IMG/VR virus record: IMGVR_UViG_3300048817_000084
Strand: one strand, 5' to 3'
Source: a virus
Length of the DNA stretch: 64,000 bases
This document shows, in pieces, positions 44,514 through 53,945 of the stretch. A program made the position numbers and the translations under genes. Numbering within the stretch: position 1 is the stretch's first letter; each line of letters starts with the position of its first letter. The notes under the pieces are model-generated. The model saw nothing but the letters and a program-made list of their open reading frames with translations, had not been told where the DNA came from and searched no databases.

Positions 44514-46228
44514 TGGGAGGCTGGGGCGTACCGGTCGACGAGCAAAGCACTGCGGCACCCGCGGCATGGGGCACGCCCGTTGACGAGGACTCAGGGACCG
44601 TACAGCCCGCCATACCGCAACCAGCTAGCCCGGTCCAGAGTCCTCCAAACATGGGAATGATGGACTATGCCAAGATGGGCTGGAATGCACTCACCCAACC
44701 GGAAGCGACAGGCACGCGACCGGGCGTAATCGGACAGGCCGCGACAGCCATCCACAATGTCGGCGGCCGTGCCCTGAATGTTGTCGGGCAGGCGATACCG
44801 CAAGCGGCACAAGCGCTATCTGATGCCGGACAGCACCCACTCGATACCCTGATGAAAACCACCCCCATGGGGATGGCATCAGATGCCGCCAATGCTGTGG
44901 CCAGCCGGGTAGGAGAATTTCAGAACACGGCAAAGATGGATCTCCCCTTGGCAGCTGAGAACGTCGCTGGGGATGCGCTGGGAGCGTATGCGGGCAGCAA
45001 GCTCGTGGAAGCGGCCAAGCCGGCCGTGGCGGCTGCCGGTGATGTCGCAGGGAGGGCCAAGCAGTTCATCCGCCCCGCAACCTCAGAGGGTGTGGTCCCC
45101 GCACCGCAACAGGCGGCTGCGGGCTTGGCAAAGGCTATCAATCCCCCTGGTGGAATCCCAGAAGGGCTTGAGGATTCGCTGGCCAACCAGACGCCCGGGA
45201 TCAAGGATTACGCGGCGCGCACCAGCAACCCACTCAACACCCGCTGGGAACTAGCCAAAGCAGCCCTCGGTCACGCCCAAGAACTGAACGACTTCTACGA
45301 CCAGCATGTACTTGGTCCCAGCGCTGACCGGCCAGTCTCAATTGAGGGCACCGGATATCAAGGGGAGAGCAACGGCAACGGCAAGGCGACCCTTGGCCAG
45401 ATCGATGACCGGCTGAGCGCAATCAACAAGCTGACCAAGCCAGCCTACAACAACATCAATTCCGGGGCCACCATGACTGCGCTGGAGCGGATGGGATTGG
45501 ACAACGAGGCGGGCGCGCTGCGGTCGACCCTATACAACGAGCTGGCCAATGACACCGGTATGACGCCGGATGCCGTTAAAAAGCTGCGTACGGACTATGG
45601 CCAATCCTATGACATAGCCAGCAAGACGGACGCGGCACGCAGGCGGGTAGGCGTGGGGGGTCCCATCCCGCTGACCAAGGAAGGCCTGATTCAAAGCGTG
45701 CTCGAGAACGTGGTTGGCGGCCGGGATGCTATTGCAGACCGCGGCGTGCAGAGCGCATTGCAGCAGTTCAAGCCCGCCATGTCGCCGATTGCTGATATGC
45801 GGCAGAACGTCACCGGGTTTCGTATCCAAGCGGCAAATACCGCAGCGGCCAACCAAGCGGCAGCACAGCAGGAGGTTGCGCATGGCGTGGGACTTGGACA
45901 AGATGCGCAGGCAGCAGCCGCTCAGCGCGGACAGCAGGCTTCGGGAATCAGGGGGCAAAATAACGCCCAAGCTCTCTCTGCTGCGCAGCAGGAGGTTCTA
46001 CACGCCCATGATCTACAGACGACCGCACAGGATGCCGCCGCACAGCGCGCAGGACAGGCGTCAACGGCGCGCGCAGGGGCGGTTCAGGCGGGCGGGCAAT
46101 TCACGCAAACCACAGAACCGACCGCTGGGACGTTCAGCTCGCCAAATGTACCCAAGGGGCTGACCAGGTACAGCGGCGGCAAAGCCTACGCTCTAGACCC
46201 AAAGAGCGGCTGGTGGGTTCCGCAGTAG
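44513..46228 (+). CDS. internal virion/ejection-like protein (571 aa)
   Basis: GTG start overlapping the upstream TAG. Ala/Gln-rich with repeated AAQQEV / AAAQRGQ motifs. Confidence 0.55.
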   Translation: MGGWGVPVDEQSTAAPAAWGTPVDEDSGTVQPAIPQPASPVQSPPNMGMMDYAKMGWNALTQPEATGTRPGVIGQAATAIHNVGGRALNVVGQAIPQAAQALSDAGQHPLDTLMKTTPMGMASDAANAVASRVGEFQNTAKMDLPLAAENVAGDALGAYAGSKLVEAAKPAVAAAGDVAGRAKQFIRPATSEGVVPAPQQAAAGLAKAINPPGGIPEGLEDSLANQTPGIKDYAARTSNPLNTRWELAKAALGHAQELNDFYDQHVLGPSADRPVSIEGTGYQGESNGNGKATLGQIDDRLSAINKLTKPAYNNINSGATMTALERMGLDNEAGALRSTLYNELANDTGMTPDAVKKLRTDYGQSYDIASKTDAARRRVGVGGPIPLTKEGLIQSVLENVVGGRDAIADRGVQSALQQFKPAMSPIADMRQNVTGFRIQAANTAAANQAAAQQEVAHGVGLGQDAQAAAAQRGQQASGIRGQNNAQALSAAQQEVLHAHDLQTTAQDAAAQRAGQASTARAGAVQAGGQFTQTTEPTAGTFSSPNVPKGLTRYSGGKAYALDPKSGWWVPQ

Positions 46229-46229
46229 G

Positions 46230-46385
46230 CTATTGAGGGAAGAAAACCTTGTCCATCAGGCCGAGCGCGGCAAATACGCCCACGACGCACAGCAGACCAG
46301 CGATTGCGCCCAAGACGATCTGACCGGTGGCGAACAGCAGAACCGTCACCAGGGCGAGGGCTGCGATGCAGAACAGCGCAAACAT
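46230..46385 (-). CDS. 51-aa two-TM membrane peptide
   Basis: Not in the ORF track. Translation MFALFCIAALALVTVLLFATGQIVLGAIAGLLCVVGVFAALGLMDKVFFPQ. Its ATG shares one nucleotide with the upstream TAA (TAATG). Confidence 0.45.
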   Translation of the reverse strand: MFALFCIAALALVTVLLFATGQIVLGAIAGLLCVVGVFAALGLMDKVFFPQ

Positions 46386-46582
46386 TACTGAACTTCAATC
46401 GTCGCTGGGCACGTACTCCCCGCGAAAGTGCTCCAAAAGGTTCGGCCATACACTCGGTACTCGCATGCGACTCCGGGCGCATAGGTCGGGGTGGGCGAGT
46501 AGTGAGACCTTCCTGTCCATTGAGCAGTGGCGGCATAGGCTACGGCAGGCAAGAGAAGTACAAGAATCGCAATGGCTTTCAT
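46385..46582 (-). CDS. small exported protein (65 aa)
   Basis: Signal peptide MKAIAILVLLLPAVAYA/AT. Cys-containing mature part. Coupled to the 51-aa membrane peptide downstream. Confidence 0.5.
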   Translation of the reverse strand: MKAIAILVLLLPAVAYAATAQWTGRSHYSPTPTYAPGVACEYRVYGRTFWSTFAGSTCPATIEVQ

Positions 46583-46613
46583 GGCCACAAGTGTACACCT
46601 GGAAAGGTAAAAG

Positions 46614-47138
46614 ATGGGAACATCCAAAGTAACTCCCCCGGCCGGACTGCACCCAGATTCGCTGCCGCCTGATTATGACGGCTGGGACAAAGAGCCCACC
46701 GTCCCGGATCATCCGCTCGGAAGCATTCGGGCGATCGACTATGACACCGGCCTGCCCATAGTAAAGCGAAAGGCGGAACAAAGTGGAATATCTAACGCAC
46801 AAGGAACAGGAAACGACACTTCAGGAAATAATGCGCAAGCTAGCGGAGTATTGGGAAAAGGTGTATCCGAAGCCAAGCCAGCCGCAACCCCTGAAGCCGG
46901 GAAGCCAACCCAGCCCAAAGCCGAGGAAAAGCCGGGCAAAACCCAAGAGCTAACCAAGGGCAGCCCAGTAACCCTACCTGACGGCACCAAGGGTAAGGTG
47001 ATGCACATGGTGCAAAACATGGGCACGGTGCGGGTAAGAACTGATGACGGCCGCAATCTGACTGTACGGCAATCTGCACTGAAGGTTGCGCCTCACGTCA
47101 TGGTCGTAGCACATGCAAGGAAGTTACCAGAGAGGTAG
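46614..47138 (+). CDS. hypothetical protein (174 aa)
   Basis: ATG with an upstream GGAAAGG. Low-complexity middle part and a beta-rich C-terminus. Confidence 0.5.
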   Translation: MGTSKVTPPAGLHPDSLPPDYDGWDKEPTVPDHPLGSIRAIDYDTGLPIVKRKAEQSGISNAQGTGNDTSGNNAQASGVLGKGVSEAKPAATPEAGKPTQPKAEEKPGKTQELTKGSPVTLPDGTKGKVMHMVQNMGTVRVRTDDGRNLTVRQSALKVAPHVMVVAHARKLPER

Positions 47139-47389
47139 GTGATGCCCAATGCCAGAGACACAATTCCAAGGTCTGATCCGCCGCCCGCCGATGGCCCTAA
47201 GCGGGAACGGCTGAGGTAGCAGGGCTGTTGATGCCTAGAGACGGCGAAGCGGATGCTTTTCGATTTCTTCGGTAGTAGCCTTGAGAAAATTGGCAGCTTA
47301 CAACCCTTCCACGCCGCCGCTGCAAATAAAGTATACGGTCACCGGAGCAAACCAGTTCTAAAAACTCTCTAATAAAAGGGGCACCACGA

Positions 47390-47827
47390 ATGAAACACAT
47401 ACTCAAGCCAGAAGACATGGAAATGGCTCAGCTGTTCAACGAAGGGCTGAGCTATCGCAAGATGGCTGTAAAATTCGGCCTTGCCCTAAGGACCATTGAA
47501 CGTAGAAGCAAGTGGCCGGAGATGATCGAATACAGAGCAAAGCTCTCTGCCGCCCAGGACAAAGCGATCGAGTCGCGCATGCAGAAGGAGGCCAAGCAAG
47601 CAGTGGCGAAGTTGCCAATCATCTTCAGGTTTGAGGATGCGGCCGAGCGGTTTCTTAAGCTTGCTGACCACTCGACCAGCGAGCTCTGCAGGCTGCAGGC
47701 TACGCGAGCGCTGATGGAACTATATGGGGTTGCCAAGGCTCCCTTGGGTGGCCAGGTCGATGATTTGCAGAACAGCACAACCCGACCCGACGTTTACCAG
47801 GCCGAGTGGATGCGGAAACCGCAGTAA
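47390..47827 (+). CDS. terS: terminase small subunit-like HTH protein
   Basis: HTH (GLSYRKMAVKFGLALRTIERR). Lies immediately upstream of terL with no spacer. Confidence 0.6.
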   Translation: MKHILKPEDMEMAQLFNEGLSYRKMAVKFGLALRTIERRSKWPEMIEYRAKLSAAQDKAIESRMQKEAKQAVAKLPIIFRFEDAAERFLKLADHSTSELCRLQATRALMELYGVAKAPLGGQVDDLQNSTTRPDVYQAEWMRKPQ

Positions 47828-49435
47828 ATGAGCGAAAGATACAGGTGGCATCCTGAAACTGACGCCCAGAAGGCGGCATTAGATTCTCCGGCGGAGCTGC
47901 TGTTTTTCGGGGGATCTGCGGGGAGCCTGAAGACTGAAACAATTTTGATGGATGCGTGTCAGGAGATAAGCAACCCTAACCTGAACGCCATGATCTTTCG
48001 CTCATCTTACGTTGAGATGAAGGACATTATCCGAAAGTGCCGCCGCCTCTACACGCCCCTGGGCGGAAAATACAACGGTTCTACATATACTTGGACATTC
48101 CCGCGTTTCCCAGGAGAGTCTCCGCCCACAGGCGCGGCAATCAGGTTCGGCTATATGGGAAGTGACGATGACGTGTGGAAGCTGCTTGGGCTAGAACTGA
48201 CCTTCATCGCCTTCGATGAATCCACTCGACACACTGAATTCCAGGTACGCAATGCGATCAGCCGTTTACGAGCCACAGATCCGACCATTAGAAAACGAGT
48301 GCGACTGGCCTCTAATCCGGGGGGCGTTGGTGCAGATTGGCACATGAAGCTATTTCTACATAATTACTGCCCAGTCCATCAGCCGGAGAAGTCATGCGTT
48401 CCGGGCAAGCTTTACTATGACCGCAAGTGGCCTTCGGATGGCGTGAAGATCCCGCTATCGGTCGCCTTTATTCCAGGGAAACTCTCCGACCATAAACTGC
48501 TCGGAGATGACTACATAAAAAATCTCAACCAGATGTCCTCCGCCTATGCGGAAGCCATGGCCAAAGGATGCTGGGATACCCTCGAGGGCGCATACTTTCC
48601 TTTCCTCAACCGAGACATGATTCGCAGGATTGAAGAGTGCGATATTCAGCCATGGCATAGTCACTTTTTGGCGATCGACTACGGAATGGGCCAATCTTAT
48701 GCAGCGGCCGGCCTATTTGTTCGGAGTCCTCCGGAACTCGCCAAGACCATAAGTATTACCGGACTCAAGACGGAGGTAATCCAAGCACCTTGGCCCAATG
48801 GAAGAATCCGGCAAATAGGGGAGATTTGCGTCCCCATGACCCCGGTAGACGATTTCATCCGTATGGTGATCGAAGGCTTCATTGTTCCCCATGGCGATGA
48901 GCGGCAGCGCTCCATAGTAGCCATATTTTTGGACCCGGCAAATTTTAACCCGTCGTATGATCTTCGCCAAGGAACCGGAGGCCACGCCGTATCTGACCAG
49001 ATGGACAGGGTGCTCGACCCGCTCGGCATGTCATGCCAAAGAGCCTCCAATAACCGCCCCGGAGGATGGCAGCTACTCTCAAGAATGCTCAGGGATGGCG
49101 AATTCGAATTAACGAACTACAGCATGCAAACGTTCGATGCCCTGCGCACACGAATGATTGACAAAGAAAAGTATCTGGATATTTTCAAGGAAAAGGGAAA
49201 GCCAGAAGATGACCTCTCGGACATGGTTAGATATGGGGTCTATTCGTGGATTCACCCTGCAGACAAGCCGCGCGAGCTGGTGCTGAAGGAGGCCATTGAG
49301 GGCTTTGACAGAACCACGCGCGAGGGGATGACAAGCTCAGCGATACGCTATCAGGAGGCCGCTGACAAATTCGATCAGGGCGAGGAGCCCTTGCGGTTAG
49401 GCGGCAGACGGCTTGGAATGGGGAGAAGGCGCTAA
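47828..49435 (+). CDS. terL: terminase large subunit
   Basis: Deviant Walker A (FFGGSAGSLKTE), Walker B (LTFIAFDEST) and coupling motif ASNPGG. The C-terminal part fits a nuclease-domain region. Confidence 0.85.
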   Translation: MSERYRWHPETDAQKAALDSPAELLFFGGSAGSLKTETILMDACQEISNPNLNAMIFRSSYVEMKDIIRKCRRLYTPLGGKYNGSTYTWTFPRFPGESPPTGAAIRFGYMGSDDDVWKLLGLELTFIAFDESTRHTEFQVRNAISRLRATDPTIRKRVRLASNPGGVGADWHMKLFLHNYCPVHQPEKSCVPGKLYYDRKWPSDGVKIPLSVAFIPGKLSDHKLLGDDYIKNLNQMSSAYAEAMAKGCWDTLEGAYFPFLNRDMIRRIEECDIQPWHSHFLAIDYGMGQSYAAAGLFVRSPPELAKTISITGLKTEVIQAPWPNGRIRQIGEICVPMTPVDDFIRMVIEGFIVPHGDERQRSIVAIFLDPANFNPSYDLRQGTGGHAVSDQMDRVLDPLGMSCQRASNNRPGGWQLLSRMLRDGEFELTNYSMQTFDALRTRMIDKEKYLDIFKEKGKPEDDLSDMVRYGVYSWIHPADKPRELVLKEAIEGFDRTTREGMTSSAIRYQEAADKFDQGEEPLRLGGRRLGMGRRR

Positions 49436-49453
49436 CCAACTCCCCGATTCGGT

Positions 49454-49624
49454 TTATGCAGCTTTTGTTTTGGCCCAGCGTGCTTTCTGTGCAGCAGCGA
49501 TGCGCTTGCGGCCGGCAGGGGATATGCTGTAGCGGCGTGGTTTCTCTGCAGTGAGTATACTTCTGGCCTTCTGCAGGTTGGTGATTTCGGTTTCGAGTGA
49601 ATGAATGATTTGCTGTGTGTCCAT
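49454..49624 (-). CDS. small basic coiled-coil protein (56 aa)
   Basis: Not in the ORF track. AAGGA RBS. Translation MDTQQIIHSLETEITNLQKARSIL...SPAGRKRIAAAQKARWAKTKAA. Confidence 0.45.
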   Translation of the reverse strand: MDTQQIIHSLETEITNLQKARSILTAEKPRRYSISPAGRKRIAAAQKARWAKTKAA

Positions 49625-49636
49625 GGTAGTTCCTTT

Positions 49637-50059
49637 CTATTTCAGTGGTGCGGCTAAAAAGCTGTCCTTCGTGCCGTTCTCATTCATGTAATCGAGTGCC
49701 CGGCTAAGTAGTGCGGCCATCGCGTTGTGAAAATCTACTGACTTTTCGAGAAGGTAGAGTTCGTTTGCCGCAGTATCTTGTGGCAGTTTGGCAATGCAGT
49801 CGCCTAGATTTCGCATGCGATCAGCGATTTGCTGGTTAGTGAACCGTGCTTTCATCTGCTCAAGCGTGACACGGTCCGAGAGCAACCGCGAGCACTTGCT
49901 GGCCGTGGGCCCACTTGCCGCCAGACTTACGGCTATTGGTCTGCGCGGTTCGGACTGTCCCGATTGGGCAACTGCTGATACCAGTGTCAGCGCAAGCAAC
50001 GCTGTAAGGGTATACGTAGAACATCTTGGTAGTGCCGTCGGAAAGGTCGATTTTGGCAT
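49637..50059 (-). CDS. exported hypothetical protein (140 aa)
   Basis: ATG at 50059 preceded by GAGGTGA. Signal-like TLTALLALTLVSAVAQ. Confidence 0.55.
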   Translation of the reverse strand: MPKSTFPTALPRCSTYTLTALLALTLVSAVAQSGQSEPRRPIAVSLAASGPTASKCSRLLSDRVTLEQMKARFTNQQIADRMRNLGDCIAKLPQDTAANELYLLEKSVDFHNAMAALLSRALDYMNENGTKDSFLAAPLK

Positions 50060-50128
50060 GGCGATCACCTCACTTTTCGCTTTTAGATTGCGCCGTTTCA
50101 TCTCCTGCCCCCAGCCATACGGCGCGAT

Positions 50129-50335
50129 CTAGCTGCGGGGATCAAATGGAGCCTCGGTTGAAGGGATAGCAGCGGGTGAGGTCTTCAGGGCTATACTCAA
50201 TTCCGGCCTTGATTGGACCTGTGTCTGTTCCGGGGATCGTTCCTCTAGGACATATACCGCGGAGAGGAACAGTGCCAGAAACAGCGGTATCAGTGCTAGC
50301 TTTTCTTTTAGGCTCCACGTTTTTAGTGATTGCAT
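50129..50335 (-). CDS. membrane-anchored small protein (68 aa)
   Basis: Strong GGAGGTG RBS. N-terminal TM LALIPLFLALFLSAVYVL. Confidence 0.55.
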   Translation of the reverse strand: MQSLKTWSLKEKLALIPLFLALFLSAVYVLEERSPEQTQVQSRPELSIALKTSPAAIPSTEAPFDPRS

Positions 50336-50475
50336 TTTTGTTCACCTCCTCTCGGTACCGATTAAGTGTTTATACTGCTCATAAATCTCCCTAGCCGCTC
50401 TTTCTCGGCCCTCGTTCGTATTGAAGGGGTGAAAGAATCCATACCAAAACGCGAACCATCTCATGCGAAACGGCA

Positions 50476-51138
50476 TCACTTCTCGCCTCCCACTTTAGGC
50501 ATCACGGCTTCAACAGCAGCGCTCATGGTTGCGGCACCTAATGCGTTCGGCAAAACACCATTTGAAGTCCAGGCTAGCGGCACGAGAGCAGAAGCCAGAT
50601 CAACGAAGGCGTCTTCGCCCCACGTGCCGAAGGTATAGAACAGGTCAAGGTTATCGTCAAAGACGGCTTCCCCTCCCTGCAGCGCGGGATCAGCATCGTA
50701 CAGGGCTATTCCCGCTCCTATATCCAGGGTAATCGGCAGATCGCACAGGACCACCTTGGCGCCGGCAGTGTGAGCGAGTGCAATCATCTGCTGCAGGTTG
50801 CCGCAAGTGTTGATTCCTCCCGGGTCGCAATATGGACTCCAGCCGGGATCGATGTCGTAAGTGCCGACGAGGATTACCACGACATCGGGATGCCCAGCTA
50901 AGGCAGCAGGGAACCGGGCTAGAACGCTTGTCGAGGTCTCAGCCGTGACGCCCGGGGGTGACCCGAAGTTGAACCATAGCGGGTTATCCTGCTGAGAGAT
51001 CCAGGCAGTCAGTATAGGGTCGCCAACAAAGGCGACGACAGGATCGTGCTCCAGATCCTTGGATACCAGCTTGGGGCTGACCTGCATGCTGGAGCAACCG
51101 GTAGCGAAGATGAGAGCCAAAGGCAGAAAGTGCTTCAT
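50476..51138 (-). CDS. lipoprotein with SGNH-hydrolase-like fold but substituted catalytic residues
   Basis: AAGGAG RBS. Lipobox-like LIFATGC. The SGNH blocks are recognisable but read GDP (for GDS), GTYD (for GxND) and NGVLPN (for DGVHPN). Confidence 0.6.
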   Translation of the reverse strand: MKHFLPLALIFATGCSSMQVSPKLVSKDLEHDPVVAFVGDPILTAWISQQDNPLWFNFGSPPGVTAETSTSVLARFPAALAGHPDVVVILVGTYDIDPGWSPYCDPGGINTCGNLQQMIALAHTAGAKVVLCDLPITLDIGAGIALYDADPALQGGEAVFDDNLDLFYTFGTWGEDAFVDLASALVPLAWTSNGVLPNALGAATMSAAVEAVMPKVGGEK

Positions 51139-51148
51139 GGTTTGCTCC

Positions 51149-52894
51149 TTAGGCGAGCGCGAACACTAAAACCTGATCGTCATACGTCCCGACTAGAACC
51201 TTGCCGTTGCTCACCACTGGCGGGCAGTACTTGTTGTGCGAGTAGTTAATGCCCCAAGCGGCAGAATCCCAGAGCAGCTTGATTACACCGTTCGCAAAAG
51301 CCTCAGCATTGTAAACGAGAAATCGGCCGCCGCCGATTCCTGACCCGGCGTCGCCTAGAGGGATACACGCGAAAAGCAGCGGTGTGCCCGTCTTCGAGCC
51401 GTTGCTGGAGATGCACATAAAGCCGCCCGGATCGCCCGGCTGATTGGCGGAGGCTGTTTCGTTACCCTGAGCCAGAAACGTGAGCTGCCCAGCCGACGAT
51501 AGCGACCAAGCCCGGAGCTGGGAGTTGCTGGCCCACACGAACACGATCACTGTTCCATCTGCTCTTTGATACGAGACTGGAGTCGAATGCATTTCGTGCG
51601 CATTGCCCTGGTACTGAAAGTCCAAGTTGCTTGAATCTTGCGGTGCGGCGTTGACACCGTTGCCCGGATAGTATCCCAGCCAAAGAGGTGCCGATCGAAG
51701 CTTGCCATAGTTGGCGGGCGCATTGATGAAACTCGCGAGCGTTGTCTCGCCCAGGTTCCGCGTGTTCGAGACAAATCCGATGCTGTCTTTTCCTGCAGCT
51801 ACGATGCTGTTGTACTGCGGTACAAGCAATAGCCCGGAAGAGCCCACATCTGCGTCATACCAGCCCTCGTCCTCCTGCTCTGGCGTTTCCACGCGGCCTT
51901 TATCGGTAAATGGCGACCATCGATCAACAATTGCCAGTGAGGCTGGAGAATGCGTGTATTGCAGCTTGATAATGCTCTCTCCAAAGTTCTGTATGCCATC
52001 GAACCCGCCGTTTCCGGTGGAAGCGTAGATGTACCCAGCAGCATCCGCGATCATCGATGCGCCGCTATTCCAGATGCCCGCGCCTTGCCCGGCAGACGTG
52101 GCTAGCGCAGCCGTGACCGTGTTCGTTGCCACATCGAAGGCGATGACCCAGCCAGTGGCGCCCGCGGAGAATTCATTGACCGTGCTTGCTGGAATGAAGA
52201 CGGTTTTCACGCCTCCAACGTTCGTCATCAGCAGTGAGCCGCGCTGCTTGCGCAACATGCTGGAGTATGTCTCCCCATTCGATTTGAGTGCGGACAGAGG
52301 CACTGGATTGCAGACCCAACTCCCATCTCCGAGGTTAAGTACGTAGACAAAATGCGCAGCCTTGGCTTGCGAGCCGTCGACAGAGGACCACGCCACCAGA
52401 TAAATACGCTTGGTGTCCATGTCGATGACAGGCGTCGAGAGTATGCCCCAAAACTCGTTTATGTTGTAGGAATCAATCGCGCTTGATCCTCTGACTGGCG
52501 TGGCTATCTTCACTTCCCAGATCAGGTCGAACGTTTGCGTGGTGGGATCGAAGCTGTTGGGGTCGAATGCCCAGACGGTATTATTCATGGAGCAGAGAAT
52601 TACGAGATCCCGCGTAAGGCCATCCCCGCACGCCACACTCGGAACGATGAGCGGCTGCGCCTCGCAGCCTCGCAAATCGCCTTGCATGCCCATGCGGCCG
52701 ATAAGCTTGATCCCCTGCGCGGCGACGTTCGCCTGCGTCAACGTAGTCTCTAAAAGATTGCAGCCAGAATTGCTGTTGTCGAAACCCCGTTTCAATACCG
52801 GGATCATCGTCCCGCTCACCGTCTGTGCGCGTGCAGGCAGCGCTGTGGCGGCGAGGGAGAGGGCCGAGAGCTTGGCAAATTCGCGTCGGTTCAT
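51149..52894 (-). CDS. Tat-exported beta-propeller (PQQ/BamB-like repeat) protein
   Basis: ATG at 52894 forms an ATGA overlap upstream. Tat signal MNRREFAKLSALSLAATALPARA/Q. Repeated strand motifs (VWAFD, YLVAWS, WVIAFD, YIYAST). Confidence 0.65.
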   Translation of the reverse strand: MNRREFAKLSALSLAATALPARAQTVSGTMIPVLKRGFDNSNSGCNLLETTLTQANVAAQGIKLIGRMGMQGDLRGCEAQPLIVPSVACGDGLTRDLVILCSMNNTVWAFDPNSFDPTTQTFDLIWEVKIATPVRGSSAIDSYNINEFWGILSTPVIDMDTKRIYLVAWSSVDGSQAKAAHFVYVLNLGDGSWVCNPVPLSALKSNGETYSSMLRKQRGSLLMTNVGGVKTVFIPASTVNEFSAGATGWVIAFDVATNTVTAALATSAGQGAGIWNSGASMIADAAGYIYASTGNGGFDGIQNFGESIIKLQYTHSPASLAIVDRWSPFTDKGRVETPEQEDEGWYDADVGSSGLLLVPQYNSIVAAGKDSIGFVSNTRNLGETTLASFINAPANYGKLRSAPLWLGYYPGNGVNAAPQDSSNLDFQYQGNAHEMHSTPVSYQRADGTVIVFVWASNSQLRAWSLSSAGQLTFLAQGNETASANQPGDPGGFMCISSNGSKTGTPLLFACIPLGDAGSGIGGGRFLVYNAEAFANGVIKLLWDSAAWGINYSHNKYCPPVVSNGKVLVGTYDDQVLVFALA

Positions 52895-53163
52895 TTGCAC
52901 TCACCACTTCCAAACATCGAGCCGCCGGTTGCCAGAACATCCTTCCACTCCTCTTCTGTCCATACGGTGGCATGCTTAAGCATTTCTATCGCCGCGCCGT
53001 ATCGGTCAGCTGCATAGACTTCGATCGGCGGTATCGTGCAGTCGTTCTGCGTCTCAGTATGGGCGAGTCCTGTGATATAGAACTTCTTAGGCTCTGTACC
53101 GGCACCGCACATAGCGGCTGGCAGAAGCGTAAACACGGCAGCGATAAAGCTTGCTCTGGTCAT
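52891..53163 (-). CDS. small exported or anchored protein (90 aa)
   Basis: ATGA overlaps on both sides. Hydrophobic N-terminus FIAAVFTLLPAAMCG. Confidence 0.5.
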   Translation of the reverse strand: MTRASFIAAVFTLLPAAMCGAGTEPKKFYITGLAHTETQNDCTIPPIEVYAADRYGAAIEMLKHATVWTEEEWKDVLATGGSMFGSGECK

Positions 53164-53945
53164 TGGTCCCCCTCCACCTTCTTGATGGCCTCATCTGCTA
53201 TAGTCCAGGCTGATAGCCAGTTGTCGGACTTCTTGATGGCAGTCAGTGCGGCCTCAAGAAATGCGATTTCTTCGATCGCAAACCTGCCACCCTCCCACCT
53301 CTCGTAAGTCTTCTGCCAACGTGCAGGTATCTTCGGTGCTTCAGTCTGCGTCATTCTTATCCCCCTTGGGGATGCGTCCCCAAATACGGTGTAATCGGTG
53401 ATGTTCTCCAGTGGAGCTTGCGTCAGTCCAAGGAGATTAGCGATGTGCTCCCGCAGCTGGCTTATGGTGGCCTGCAGCAGCTCGTCACCTGCACAGTAGG
53501 CATCGATCTTCCCTGACATCACGCGGGCTGCTGCAATAGCCTCGTCGCGCTCTCTGGTTAGAGTGCTGATGGTGGCCGCCTGTTGATACCAGTCTTTTTG
53601 CTTGGCGAGTAACATATCTGCATTATGGTCTCGCTCTTCCCGCAATTGGCTTATGGTGGCCTGCAGCTGGGCAACCTGCGCCTCAAGCTCTTCCCGCTCT
53701 TGGCGTAGCTGGGCCTCTAGCTCGGCTATGCGTGCCTCGGCTGACCCGATTTCCTCAATCAAACCTCGGCTAGTGTGGCCCGCAGGGTAAAGATAGGTGT
53801 AGTCCATCAGGTGTCTGGCGGGAACATCCGGTTGTTCAGTTGCGAGTTCAGGAAAGCCATTGTTTATCGCGTCCATGTTGTATCTCACCTCCGGCGCAGG
53901 CTTCCGGGCATCATCCACTGCGGTTGTTTTGGCCGGCTCAGTCAT
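53160..53945 (-). CDS. coiled-coil protein (261 aa), QLQATISQLRE repeat family
   Basis: Long ORF. Contains LQATISQLRE twice and TISTLTRERDEAIAA. Shares DNA repeats with the next two genes. Confidence 0.6.
   Translation of the reverse strand: MTEPAKTTAVDDARKPAPEVRYNMDAINNGFPELATEQPDVPARHLMDYTYLYPAGHTSRGLIEEIGSAEARIAELEAQLRQEREELEAQVAQLQATISQLREERDHNADMLLAKQKDWYQQAATISTLTRERDEAIAAARVMSGKIDAYCAGDELLQATISQLREHIANLLGLTQAPLENITDYTVFGDASPRGIRMTQTEAPKIPARWQKTYERWEGGRFAIEEIAFLEAALTAIKKSDNWLSAWTIADEAIKKVEGDQ

Noticed and set aside
47139-47389. The 250-nt gap before terS as a pac/cos site or promoter, and a 26-aa ORF starting at 47139.
   Set aside because: I could find no convincing -35/-10 pair, repeat or hairpin, and the mini-ORF has no supporting features. 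The gap remains an unexplained spacer.
27787-49435. Classification as a true T7-like (Autographiviridae-type) phage.
   Set aside because: Only the structural gene order resembles T7. There is no single-subunit RNA polymerase or DNA polymerase in the window, and an integrase is present. I therefore describe it only as podovirus-like by gene order.
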